A program made the position numbers and the translations under genes. The notes below the pieces were generated by a model that made no database searches, was not told the origin of the DNA, and was given only the letters and a program-made list of their open reading frames with translations. From positions 11,408,001-11,472,000 of the forward strand of contig OZ059895.1 in the NCBI GenBank assembly GCA_964057225.1: a stretch of DNA of 64,000 nt. Direction: 5' to 3'. The DNA is from Auanema rhodensis (taxonomy: Eukaryota; Animalia; Nematoda). Shown here piece by piece: positions 52,701-64,000 of the stretch; positions within the stretch are counted from its first letter, which is position 1; each line of letters opens with the position of its first letter.

Positions 52701-55700
52701 TTTACTTAGATAGCTCAACCCAAGGCAGCAATTTATCTTCAATATTATTTCTATCTTACAGTTATAAACCAATAGTTAATGAACCATCATCTTACCTTTA
52801 CTGTTTCTATCTATTTCCTATCGAAACCAACTTTGTTCAAAAACTATACAACTGTGAAACCTTTTTTAATTTCTTGTATTTGGAGCTCATAAGATTTGAT
52901 ATCATTGAGGGATCCAGATAGAACGTGGAAAATTACATAACTACCATGAAATTGGGAAAAAATTGTAACGAGGATAAGTATGTAAATCATTGAATATCAG
53001 ATATTTTCGCTTACGACCATACCACGTTAAAAGTACGCCATGCCGCTGATTTTCAATTTTAACTCTTCTGTAACGAATGTTTTCAATTTTCAAGCAGTTT
53101 TACTTAGAAAGCTCAACCCAAGGCAGCAAATTATCTTCAATATTATTTCTATCTTACAGTTATAAACCAGTAGTGAATGAACCATCATCTTACCTTCACT
53201 GTTTCTATCAATTTCGTATCAAAAGAAACATTGTTTAAACACTATACAACTGTGAAACCTTTTTTAATTTCTTGTATTTGAAGCTCATAAGATTTGATAT
53301 CATTGAGGGATCCAGATAGAACGTGGAAAATTACATAACTACCATGAAATTGGGAAAAAATTGTAACGAGGATAAGTATGTAAATCATTGAATATCAGAT
53401 ATTTTTGCTTAGGAGCATACCACGTTGAAAGTACGCCATGCCGCTGATTTTCAATTTTAACTCTTTTGTAACAAATGTTTTCAATTTTCAAGCAGTTTTA
53501 CTCAGATAGCTTAACCCAAGGCAGCAAATTATCTTCAATATTATTTCTATCTTACAGTTATAAACCAATAGTTAATGAACCATCATCTTACCTTTACTGT
53601 TTCTATCTATTTCCTATCGAAACCAACTTTGTTCAAAAACTATACAACTGTGAAACTTTTTTTAATTTCTTGTATTTGGAGCTCATAAGATTTGATATCA
53701 TTGAGGGATCCAGATAGAACGTGGAAAATTACATAACTACCATGAAATTGGGAAAAAATTGTAACGAGGATAAGTATGTAAATCATTGAATATCAGATAT
53801 TTTCGCTTAGGACCATACCACGTTGAAAGTACGCCATGCCGCTGATTTTCAATTTTAACTCTTTTGTAACAAATGTTTTCATTTTTCAAGCAGTTTTACT
53901 CAGATAGCTTAACCCAAGGCAGCAAATTATCTTCAATATTATTTCTATCTTACAGTTATAAACCAATAGTTAATGAACCATCATCTTACCTTTACTGTTT
54001 CTATCTATTTCCTATCGAAACCAACTTTGTTCAAAAACTATACAACTGTGAAACCTTTTTTAATTTATTGTATTTGGAGCTCATAAGATTTGATATCATT
54101 GAGGGATCCAGATAGAACGTGGAAAATTACATAACTACCATGAAATTGGGAAAAAATTATAACGAGGATAAGTATGTAAATCATTGAATATCAGATATTT
54201 TCGCTTACGACCATACCACGTTGAAAGTACGCCATGCCGCTGATTATCAATTTTAACTCTTCTGTAACAAATGTTTTCAATTTTCAAGCAGTTTTACTTA
54301 GATAGCTCAACCCAAGGCAGCAATTTATCTTCAATATTATTTCTATCTTACAGTTATAAACCAATAGTTTATGAATCATCATCTTACCCTTACCGTTTCT
54401 ATCTATTTCCTATTGAAACCAACTTTGTTCAAAAACTATACAACTGTGAAACCTTTTTTAATTTATTGTATTTGGAGCTCATAAGATTTGATATCATTGA
54501 GGGATCCAGATAGAACGTGGAAAATTACATAACTACCATGAAATTGAGAAAAAATTGTAACGAGGATAAGTATGTAAATCATTGAATATCAGATATTTTC
54601 GCTTAGGACCATACCACGTTGAAAGTACGCCATGCCGCTGATTTTCAATTTTAACTCTTTTGTAACAAATGTTTTCAATTTTTAAGCAGTTTTACTTAGA
54701 TAGCTCAACCCAAGGCAGCAATTTATCTTCAATATTATTTCTATCTTACAGTTATAAACCAATAGTTAATGAATCATCATCTTACCCTTACCGTTTCTAT
54801 CTATTTCCTATCGAAACCAACTTTGTTCAAAAACTATACAACTGTGAAACCTTTTTTAATTTCTTGTATTTGGAGCTCATAAGATTTGATATCATTGAGG
54901 GATCCAGATAGAACGTGGAAAATTACATAACTACCATGAAATTGGGAAAAAATTATAACGAGGATAAGTATGTAAATCATTGAATATCAGATATTTTCGC
55001 TTACGACCATACCACGTTGAAAGTACGCCATGCCGCTGATTTTCAATTTTAACTCTTCTGTAACGAATGTTTTCAATTTTCAAGCAGTTTTACTTAGAAA
55101 GCTTAACCCAAGGCAGCAAATTATCTTCAATATTATTTCTATCTTACAGTTATAAACCAGTAGTGAATGAACCATCATCTTACCCGTACCGTTTCTATCT
55201 ATTTCCTATCGAAAGCAACTTTGTTCAAAAACTATACAACTGTGAAACATTTTTTAATTTCTTGTATTTGAAGCTCATAAGCTTTGATATCATTGAGGAA
55301 TCCAGATAGAACGTGGAAAATTACGTAACTTACATAAAATTGGAAGAAACTATAACGAGGATAAGTATGTGAAACATTGAATATCAGATATTTTCGCTTA
55401 CGACCATACCACGTTAAAAGTACGCCATGCCGCTGATTTTCAATTTTAACTCTTCTGTAACAAATGTTTTCAATTTTTAAGCAGTTTTACTCAGATAGCT
55501 CAACCCAAGGCAGCAATTTATCTTCAATATTATTTCTATCTTACAGTTATAAACCAATAGTTAATGAATCATCATCTTGCCCTTACCGTTTCTATCTATT
55601 TCCTATCGAAACCAACTTTGTTCAAAAACTATACAACTGTGAAACCTTTTTTAATTTCTTGTATTTGGAGCTCATAAGATTTGATATCATTATGGGATCC

Positions 55701-56657
55701 AGATAGAACGTGGAAAATTACATAACTACCATGAAATTGGGAAAAAATTGTAACGAGGATAAGTATGTAAATCATTGAATATCAGATATTTTCGCTTACG
55801 ACCATACCACGTTAAAAGTACGCCATGCCGCTGATTTTCAATTTTAACTCTTCTGTAACGAATGTTTTCAATTTTCAAGCAGTTTTACTTAGAAAGCTCA
55901 ACCCAAGGCAGCAAATTATCTTCAATATTATTTCTATCTTACAGTTATAAACCAGTAGTGAATGAACCATCATCTTACCCTTACCGTTTCTATCTATTTC
56001 CTATCGAAACCAACTTTGTTCAAAAACTATACAACTGTGAAACCTTTTTTAATTTCTTGTATTTGGAGCTCATAAGATTTGATATCATTGAGGGATCCAG
56101 ATAGAACGTGGAAAATTACATAACTACCATGAAATTGGGAAAAAATTATAACGAGGATAAGTATGTAAATCATTGAATATCAGATATTTTCGCTTACGAC
56201 CATACCACGTTGAAAGTACGCCATGCCGCTGATTTTCAATTTTAACTCTTCTGTAACGAATGTTTTCAATTTTCAAGCAGTTTTACTTAGAAAGCTTAAC
56301 CCAAGGCAGCAAATTATCTTCAATATTATTTCTATCTTACAGTTATAAACAAATAGTTAATGAACCATCATCTTACCTTTACTGTTTCTATCTATTTCCT
56401 ATCGAAAGCAACTTTGTTCAAACACTATACAACTGTGAAACCTTTTTTAATTTCTTGTATTTGGAGCTCATAAGATTTGATATCATTGAGGGATCCAGAT
56501 AGAACGTGGAAAATTACATAACTACCATGAAATTGGGAAAAAATTGTAACGAGGATAAGTATGTAAATCATTGAATATCAGATATTTTCGCTTACGACCA
56601 TACCACGTTGAAAGTACGCCATGCCGCTGATTTTCAATTTTAACTCTTCTGTAACAA

Positions 56658-59600
56658 ATGTTTTCAATTTTCAAGCAGTTTTACTTAGATAGCTCAACCC
56701 AAGGCAGCAATTTATCTTCAATATTATTTCTATCTTACAGTTATAAACCAATAGTTAATGAATCATCATCTTGCCCTTACCGTTTCTATCTCTTTCCTAT
56801 CGAAACCAACTTTGTTCAAAAACTATACAACTGTGAAACCTTTTTTAATTTCTTGTATTTGGAGCTCATAAGATTTGATATCATTGAAGGATCCAGATAG
56901 AACGTGGAAAATTACATAACTATCATGAAATTGAGAACAAATTGTAACGAGGATAAGTATGTAAATCATTGAATATCAGATATTTTCGCTTACGACCATA
57001 CCACGTTAAAAGTACGCCATGCCGCTGATTTTCAATTTTAACTCTTCTGTAACGAATGTTTTCAATTTTCAAGCAGTTTTACTTAGAAAGCTCAACCCAA
57101 GGCAGCAAATTATCTTCAATATTATTTCTATCTTACAGTTATAAACCAGTAGTGAATGAACCATCATCTTACCCTTACCGTTTCTATCTATTTCCTATCG
57201 AAACCAACTTTGTTCAAAAACTATACAACTGTGAAACCTTTTTTAATTTCTTGTATTTGGAGCTCATAAGATTTGATATCATTGAGGGATCCAGATAGAA
57301 CGTGGAAAATTACATAACTACCATGAAATTGGGAAAAAATTGTAACGAGGATAAGTATGTAAATCATTGAATATCAGATATTTTCGCTTAGGACCATACC
57401 ACGTTGAAAGTACGCCATGCCGCTGATTTTCAATTTTAACTCTTTTGTAACAAATGTTTTCAATTTTTAAGCAGTTTTACTTAGATAGCTCAACCCAAGG
57501 CAGCAAATTATCTTCAATATTATTTCTATCTTACAGTTATAAACCAGTAGTGAATGAACCATCATCTTACCCGTACCGTTTCTATCTATTTCCTATCGAA
57601 AGCAACTTTGTTCAAAAACTATACAACTGTGAAACATTTTTTAATTTCTTGTATTTGAAGCTCATAAGCTTTGATATCATTGAGGAATCCAGATAGAACG
57701 TGGAAAATTACGTAACTTACATAAAATTGGAAGAAACTATAACGAGGATAAGTATGTGAAACATTGAATATCAGATATTTTCGCTTAGGACCATACCACG
57801 TTGAAAGTACGCCATGCCGCTGATTTTCAATTTTAACTCTTTTGTAACAAATGTTTTCAATTTTTAAGCAGTTTTACTTAGATAGCTCAACCCAAGGCAG
57901 CAAATTATCTTCAATATTATTTCTATCTTACAGTTATAAACCAATAGTTAATGAATCATCATCTTGCCCTTACCGTTTCTATCTCTTTCCTATCGAAACC
58001 AACTTTGTTCAAAAACTATACAACTGTGAAACCTTTTTTAATTTCTTGTATTTGGAGCTCATAAGATTTGATATCATTGAAGGATCCAGATAGAACGTGG
58101 AAAATTACATAACTATCATGAAATTGAGAACAAATTGTAACGAGGATAAGTATGTAAATCATTGAATATCAGATATTTTCGCTTACGACCATACCACGTT
58201 AAAAGTACGCCATGCCGCTGATTTTCAATTTTAACTCTTCTGTAACGAATGTTTTCAATTTTCAAGCAGTTTTACTTAGAAAGCTCAACCCAAGGCAGCA
58301 AATTATCTTCAATATTATTTCTATCTTACAGTTATAAACCAGTAGTGAATGAACCATCATCTTACCCTTACCGTTTCTATCTATTTCCTATCGAAACCAA
58401 CTTTGTTCAAAAACTATACAACTGTGAAACCTTTTTTAATTTCTTGTATTTGGAGCTCATAAGATTTGATATCATTGAGGGATCCAGATAGAACGTGGAA
58501 AATTACATAACTACCATGAAATTGGGAAAAAATTGTAACGAGGATAAGTATGTAAATCATTGAATATCAGATATTTTCGCTTAGGACCATACCACGTTGA
58601 AAGTACGCCATGCCGCTGATTTTCAATTTTAACTCTTTTGTAACAAATGTTTTCAATTTTTAAGCAGTTTTACTTAGATAGCTCAACCCAAGGCAGCAAA
58701 TTATCTTCAATATTATTTCTATCTTACAGTTATAAACCAGTAGTGAATGAACCATCATCTTACCCGTACCGTTTCTATCTATTTCCTATCGAAAGCAACT
58801 TTGTTCAAAAACTATACAACTGTGAAACATTTTTTAATTTCTTGTATTTGAAGCTCATAAGCTTTGATATCATTGAGGAATCCAGATAGAACGTGGAAAA
58901 TTACGTAACTTACATAAAATTGGAAGAAACTATAACGAGGATAAGTATGTGAAACATTGAATATCAGATATTTTCGCTTAGGACCATACCACGTTGAAAG
59001 TACGCCATGCCGCTGATTTTCAATTTTAACTCTTTTGTAACAAATGTTTTCAATTTTTAAGCAGTTTTACTTAGATAGCTCAACCCAAGGCAGCAAATTA
59101 TCTTCAATATTATTTCTATCTTACAGTTATAAACCAATAGTGAATGAACCATCATCTTACCCTTACCGTTTCTATCTATTTCCTATCGAAACCAACTTTG
59201 TTCAAAAACTATACAACTGTGAAACCTTTTTTAATTTCTTGTATTTGGAGCTCATAAGATTTGATATCATTGAGAGATCCAGATAGAACGTGGAAAATTA
59301 CGTAACTAACATGAAATTGGGAAAAAATTATAACGAGGATAAGTATGTAAATCATTGAATATCAGATATTTTCGCTTACGACCATACCACGTTAAAAGTA
59401 CGCCATGCCGCTGATTTTCAATTTTAACTCTTCTGTAACAAATGTTTTCAATTTTCAAGCAGTTTTACTTAGATAGCTCAACCCAAGGCAGCAATTTATC
59501 TTCAATATTATTTCTATCTTACAGTTATAAACCAATAGTTAATGAATCATCATCTTACCCTTACCGTTTCTATCTATTTCCTATCAAAACCAACTTTGTT

Positions 59601-61700
59601 CAAAAACTATACAACTGTGAAACCTTTTTTAATTTCTTGTATTTGGAGCTCATAAGATTTGATATCATTGAGGGATCCAGATAGAACGTGGAAAATTACG
59701 TAACTAACATGAAATTGGGAAAAAATTATAACGAGGATAAGTATGTAAATCATTGAATATCAGATATTTTCGCTTACGACCATACCACGTTAAAAGTACG
59801 CCATGCCGCTGATTTTCAATTTTAACTCTTCTGTAACAAATGTTTTCAATTTTCAAGCAGTTTTACTTAGAAAGCTCAACCCAAGGCAGCAAATTATCTT
59901 CAATATTATTTCTATCTTACAGTTATAAACCAGTAGTGAATGAACCATCATCTTACCCTTACCGTTTCTATCTATTTCCTATCGAAACCAACTTTGTTCA
60001 AAAACTATACAACTGTGAAACCTTTTTTAATTTCTTGTATTTGGAGCTCATAAGATTTGATATCATTGAGGGATCCAGATAGAACGTGGAAAATTACATA
60101 ACTACCATGAAATTGGGAAAAAATTGTAACGAGGATAAGTATGTAAATCATTGAATATCAGATATTTTCGCTTAGGACCATACCACGTTGAAAGTACGCC
60201 ATGCCGCTGATTTTCAATTTTAACTCTTTTGTAACAAATGTTTTCAATTTTTAAGCAGTTTTACTTAGATAGCTCAACCCAAGGCAGCAAATTATCTTCA
60301 ATATTATTTCTATCTTACAGTTATAAACCAGTAGTGAATGAACCATCATCTTACCCGTACCGTTTCTATCTATTTCCTATCGAAAGCAACTTTGTTCAAA
60401 AACTATACAACTGTGAAACATTTTTTAATTTCTTGTATTTGAAGCTCATAAGCTTTGATATCATTGAGGAATCCAGATAGAACGTGGAAAATTACGTAAC
60501 TTACATAAAATTGGAAGAAACTATAACGAGGATAAGTATGTGAAACATTGAATATCAGATATTTTCGCTTAGGACCATACCACGTTGAAAGTACGCCATG
60601 CCGCTGATTTTCAATTTTAACTCTTTTGTAACAAATGTTTTCAATTTTTAAGCAGTTTTACTTAGATAGCTCAACCCAAGGCAGCAAATTATCTTCAATA
60701 TTATTTCTATCTTACAGTTATAAACCAATAGTGAATGAACCATCATCTTACCCTTACCGTTTCTATCTATTTCCTATCGAAACCAACTTTGTTCAAAAAC
60801 TATACAACTGTGAAACCTTTTTTAATTTCTTGTATTTGGAGCTCATAAGATTTGATATCATTGAGAGATCCAGATAGAACGTGGAAAATTACGTAACTAA
60901 CATGAAATTGGGAAAAAATTATAACGAGGATAAGTATGTAAATCATTGAATATCAGATATTTTCGCTTACGACCATACCACGTTAAAAGTACGCCATGCC
61001 GCTGATTTTCAATTTTAACTCTTCTGTAACAAATGTTTTCAATTTTCAAGCAGTTTTACTTAGATAGCTCAACCCAAGGCAGCAATTTATCTTCAATATT
61101 ATTTCTATCTTACAGTTATAAACCAATAGTTAATGAATCATCATCTTACCCTTACCGTTTCTATCTATTTCCTATCAAAACCAACTTTGTTCAAAAACTA
61201 TACAACTGTGAAACCTTTTTTAATTTCTTGTATTTGGAGCTCATAAGATTTGATATCATTGAGGGATCCAGATAGAACGTGGAAAATTACGTAACTAACA
61301 TGAAATTGGGAAAAAATTATAACGAGGATAAGTATGTAAATCATTGAATATCAGATATTTTCGCTTACGACCATACCACGTTAAAAGTACGCCATGCCGC
61401 TGATTTTCAATTTTAACTCTTCTGTAACAAATGTTTTCAATTTTCAAGCAGTTTTACTTAGAAAGCTCAACCCAAGGCAGCAAATTATCTTCAATATTAT
61501 TTCTATCTTACAGTTATAAACCAGTAGTGAATGAACCATCATCTTACCCTTACCGTTTCTATCTATTTCCTATCGAAACCAACTTTGTTCAAAAACTATA
61601 CAACTGTGAAACCTTTTTTAATTTCTTGTATTTGGAGCTCATAAGATTTGATATCATTGAGGGATCCAGATAGAACGTGGAAAATTACATAACTACCATG
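56658..61700 (+). repeat. Local 3-mer (1193 bp) then 4-mer (1591 bp) higher-order repeats in subfamily B
   Basis: 57056/58249 and 57454/58647 match at 1193 bp. 58647/60238, 59044/60635, 59442/61033 and 59840/61431 match at 1591 bp, with identical ORF translations. Confidence 0.88.
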
Positions 61701-61712
61701 AAACAGTTATAA
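61695..61712 (+). other. Internal deletion junction (~205 bp missing) at 61703/61704
   Basis: The junction reads ACTACCATGAAA|CAGTTATAAACC. ORF starts 61431 and 62021 are 590 bp apart instead of ~795. Confidence 0.93.
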
Positions 61713-64000
61713 ACCAGTAGTGAATGAACCATCATCTTACCCTTACCGTTTCTATCTATTTCCTATCAAAAGAAACATTGTTTAAACACTATACAACTGT
61801 GAAACCTTTTTTAATTTCTTGTATTTGGAGATCATAAGATTTGATATCATTGAGGGATCCAGATAGAACGTGGAAAATTACGTAACTAACATGAAATTGG
61901 AAAAAATTATAACGAGGATAAGTATGTAAATCATTGAATATCAGATATTTTCGCTTAGGACCATACCACGTTAAAAGTACGGCATGCGGCTGATTTTCAA
62001 TTTTAACTCTTCTGTAACAAATGTTTTCAATTTTCAAGCAGTTTTACTTAGATAGCTCAACCCAAGGCAGCAATTTATCTTCAATATTTTTTCTATCTTA
62101 CAGTTATAAACCAATAGTTAATAAACCATCATCTTACCCTTACCGTTTCTATCTATCTCCTATCGAAACCAACTTTGTTCAAAAACTATACAACTGTGAA
62201 ACCTTTTTTAATTTCTTGTATTTGGAGCTCATAAGATTTGATATCATTGAGGGATCCAGATAGAACGTGGAAAATTACATAACTACCATGAAATTGGGAA
62301 AAAATTATAACGAGGATAAGTATGTAAATCATTGAATATCAGATATTTTCGCTTACGACCATACCACGTTGAAAGTACGCCATGCCGCTGATTTTCAATT
62401 TTAACTCTTCTGTAACGAATGTTTTCAATTTTCAAGCAGTTTTACTTAGAAAGCTTAACCCAAGGCAGCAAATTATCTTCAATATTATTTCTATCTTACA
62501 GTTATAAACAAATAGTTAATGAACCATCATCTTACCTTTACTGTTTCTATCTATTTCCTATCGAAAGCAACTTTGTTCAAACACTATACAACTGTGAAAC
62601 CTTTTTTAATTTCTTGTATTTGGAGCTCATAAGATTTGATATCATTGAGGGATCCAGATAGAACGTGGAAAATTACATAACTACCATGAAATTGGGAAAA
62701 AATTGTAACGAGGATAAGTATGTAAATCATTGAATATCAGATATTTTCGCTTACGACCATACCACGTTGAAAGTACGCCATGCCGCTGATTTTCAATTTT
62801 AACTCTTCTGTAACAAATGTTTTCAATTTTCAAGCAGTTTTACTTAGATAGCTCAACCCAAGGCAGCAATTTATCTTCAATATTATTTCTATCTTACAGT
62901 TATAAACCAATAGTTAATGAATCATCATCTTGCCCTTACCGTTTCTATCTCTTTCCTATCGAAACCAACTTTGTTCAAAAACTATACAACTGTGAAACCT
63001 TTTTTAATTTCTTGTATTTGGAGCTCATAAGATTTGATATCATTGAAGGATCCAGATAGAACGTGGAAAATTACATAACTATCATGAAATTGAGAACAAA
63101 TTGTAACGAGGATAAGTATGTAAATCATTGAATATCAGATATTTTCGCTTACGACCATACCACGTTAAAAGTACGCCATGCCGCTGATTTTCAATTTTAA
63201 CTCTTCTGTAACGAATGTTTTCAATTTTCAAGCAGTTTTACTTAGAAAGCTCAACCCAAGGCAGCAAATTATCTTCAATATTATTTCTATCTTACAGTTA
63301 TAAACCAGTAGTGAATGAACCATCATCTTACCCTTACCGTTTCTATCTATTTCCTATCGAAACCAACTTTGTTCAAAAACTATACAACTGTGAAACCTTT
63401 TTTAATTTCTTGTATTTGGAGCTCATAAGATTTGATATCATTGAGGGATCCAGATAGAACGTGGAAAATTACATAACTACCATGAAATTGGGAAAAAATT
63501 GTAACGAGGATAAGTATGTAAATCATTGAATATCAGATATTTTCGCTTAGGACCATACCACGTTGAAAGTACGCCATGCCGCTGATTTTCAATTTTAACT
63601 CTTTTGTAACAAATGTTTTCAATTTTTAAGCAGTTTTACTTAGATAGCTCAACCCAAGGCAGCAAATTATCTTCAATATTATTTCTATCTTACAGTTATA
63701 AACCAGTAGTGAATGAACCATCATCTTACCCGTACCGTTTCTATCTATTTCCTATCGAAAGCAACTTTGTTCAAAAACTATACAACTGTGAAACATTTTT
63801 TAATTTCTTGTATTTGAAGCTCATAAGCTTTGATATCATTGAGGAATCCAGATAGAACGTGGAAAATTACGTAACTTACATAAAATTGGAAGAAACTATA
63901 ACGAGGATAAGTATGTGAAACATTGAATATCAGATATTTTCGCTTAGGACCATACCACGTTGAAAGTACGCCATGCCGCTGATTTTCAATTTTAACTCTT

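Larger units (their letters stand above)
1..64000. repeat. Tandem satellite DNA array, monomer 396-398 bp, ~160 copies, runs off both window ends
   Basis: The same unit (ATGTTTTCAATTTTCAAGCAG...GGATCCAGATAGAACGTGG...CCATACCACGTT...GCTGATTTTCAATTTTAACTC) recurs throughout. ORF-track starts step by 397/398 bp (e.g. 21195, 21593, 21991; 58249, 58647, 59044). I see no unique sequence anywhere. Confidence 0.99.
45960..64000 (+). repeat. Satellite block 3, forward orientation, subfamily B
   Basis: Forward monomers resume at AAAACTATACAACTGTG (~45963). Diagnostic variants ACTACCATG, AATTGTAACG, CTTACGACC, CCAGTAGTGAATG, TAGAAAGCTC, ATAAGCTTTG/GAGGAATCC and GGAAGAAACT are rare or absent in blocks 1-2. 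Confidence 0.95.

Noticed and set aside
6269-62037. Antisense 82-aa ORFs (MKIENICY...)
   Set aside because: They start at TTG, are open only in some 397-bp monomers, and are closed by the common 1-bp indel. They are chance ORFs.
938-63855. Tandem family of ~120 80-aa ORFs (MFSIFKQFY...)
   Set aside because: They are the satellite monomer read in one frame. Whole monomer classes carry stops or frameshifts (CTGAGAAG, GTTTAA, TTTGAA). Variation appears largely amino-acid changing, the composition reflects AT-richness, and I recognise no domain. Ribo-seq/proteomic evidence or dN/dS well below 1 would be needed to reconsider.
1-64000. CRISPR-like or other repeat-spacer array
   Set aside because: There are no unique spacers. 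Units are near-identical along their full ~398 bp and no cas genes are present.
1-64000. 5S rRNA, tRNA, snRNA or spliced-leader tandem gene array
   Set aside because: The unit size is compatible, but I recognise no 5S, tRNA or snRNA sequence or Pol III box on either strand. An Rfam/Infernal scan of the consensus would settle it.
1-64000. Assignment to a named species, satellite family or functional centromere
   Set aside because: I do not recognise the monomer, and centromere function cannot be read from sequence alone.

Overview
The whole 64-kb window is one AT-rich tandem satellite array (about 30% GC by hand count of ~360 bp) of roughly 160 monomers of 396-398 bp, most likely eukaryotic (peri)centromeric or heterochromatic DNA. 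I cannot identify the organism or the satellite family. I find no supportable genes, RNA genes, transposons or CRISPR arrays, and the repeated 80/82-aa ORFs are by-products of the monomer. The information lies in the array architecture. There are three orientation blocks: 1-31744 forward, ~31745-45959 inverted and ~45960-64000 forward. The inverted block is not a simple inversion. It carries the same subfamily as the left block, with rare variants in mirror-image order, so it looks like a diverged ~14-kb fold-back inverted duplication (a giant imperfect palindrome) with a 7-bp duplication at its centre. It sits at the boundary with a second monomer subfamily that fills the right block. Both subfamilies show local higher-order repeats (3-, 4-, 5-, ~8- and 10-mers) and longer-range block duplications (13,900 bp and 6,159 bp offsets). 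The array also has three truncated monomers, apparent conversion tracts, and many polymorphisms at CpG sites.
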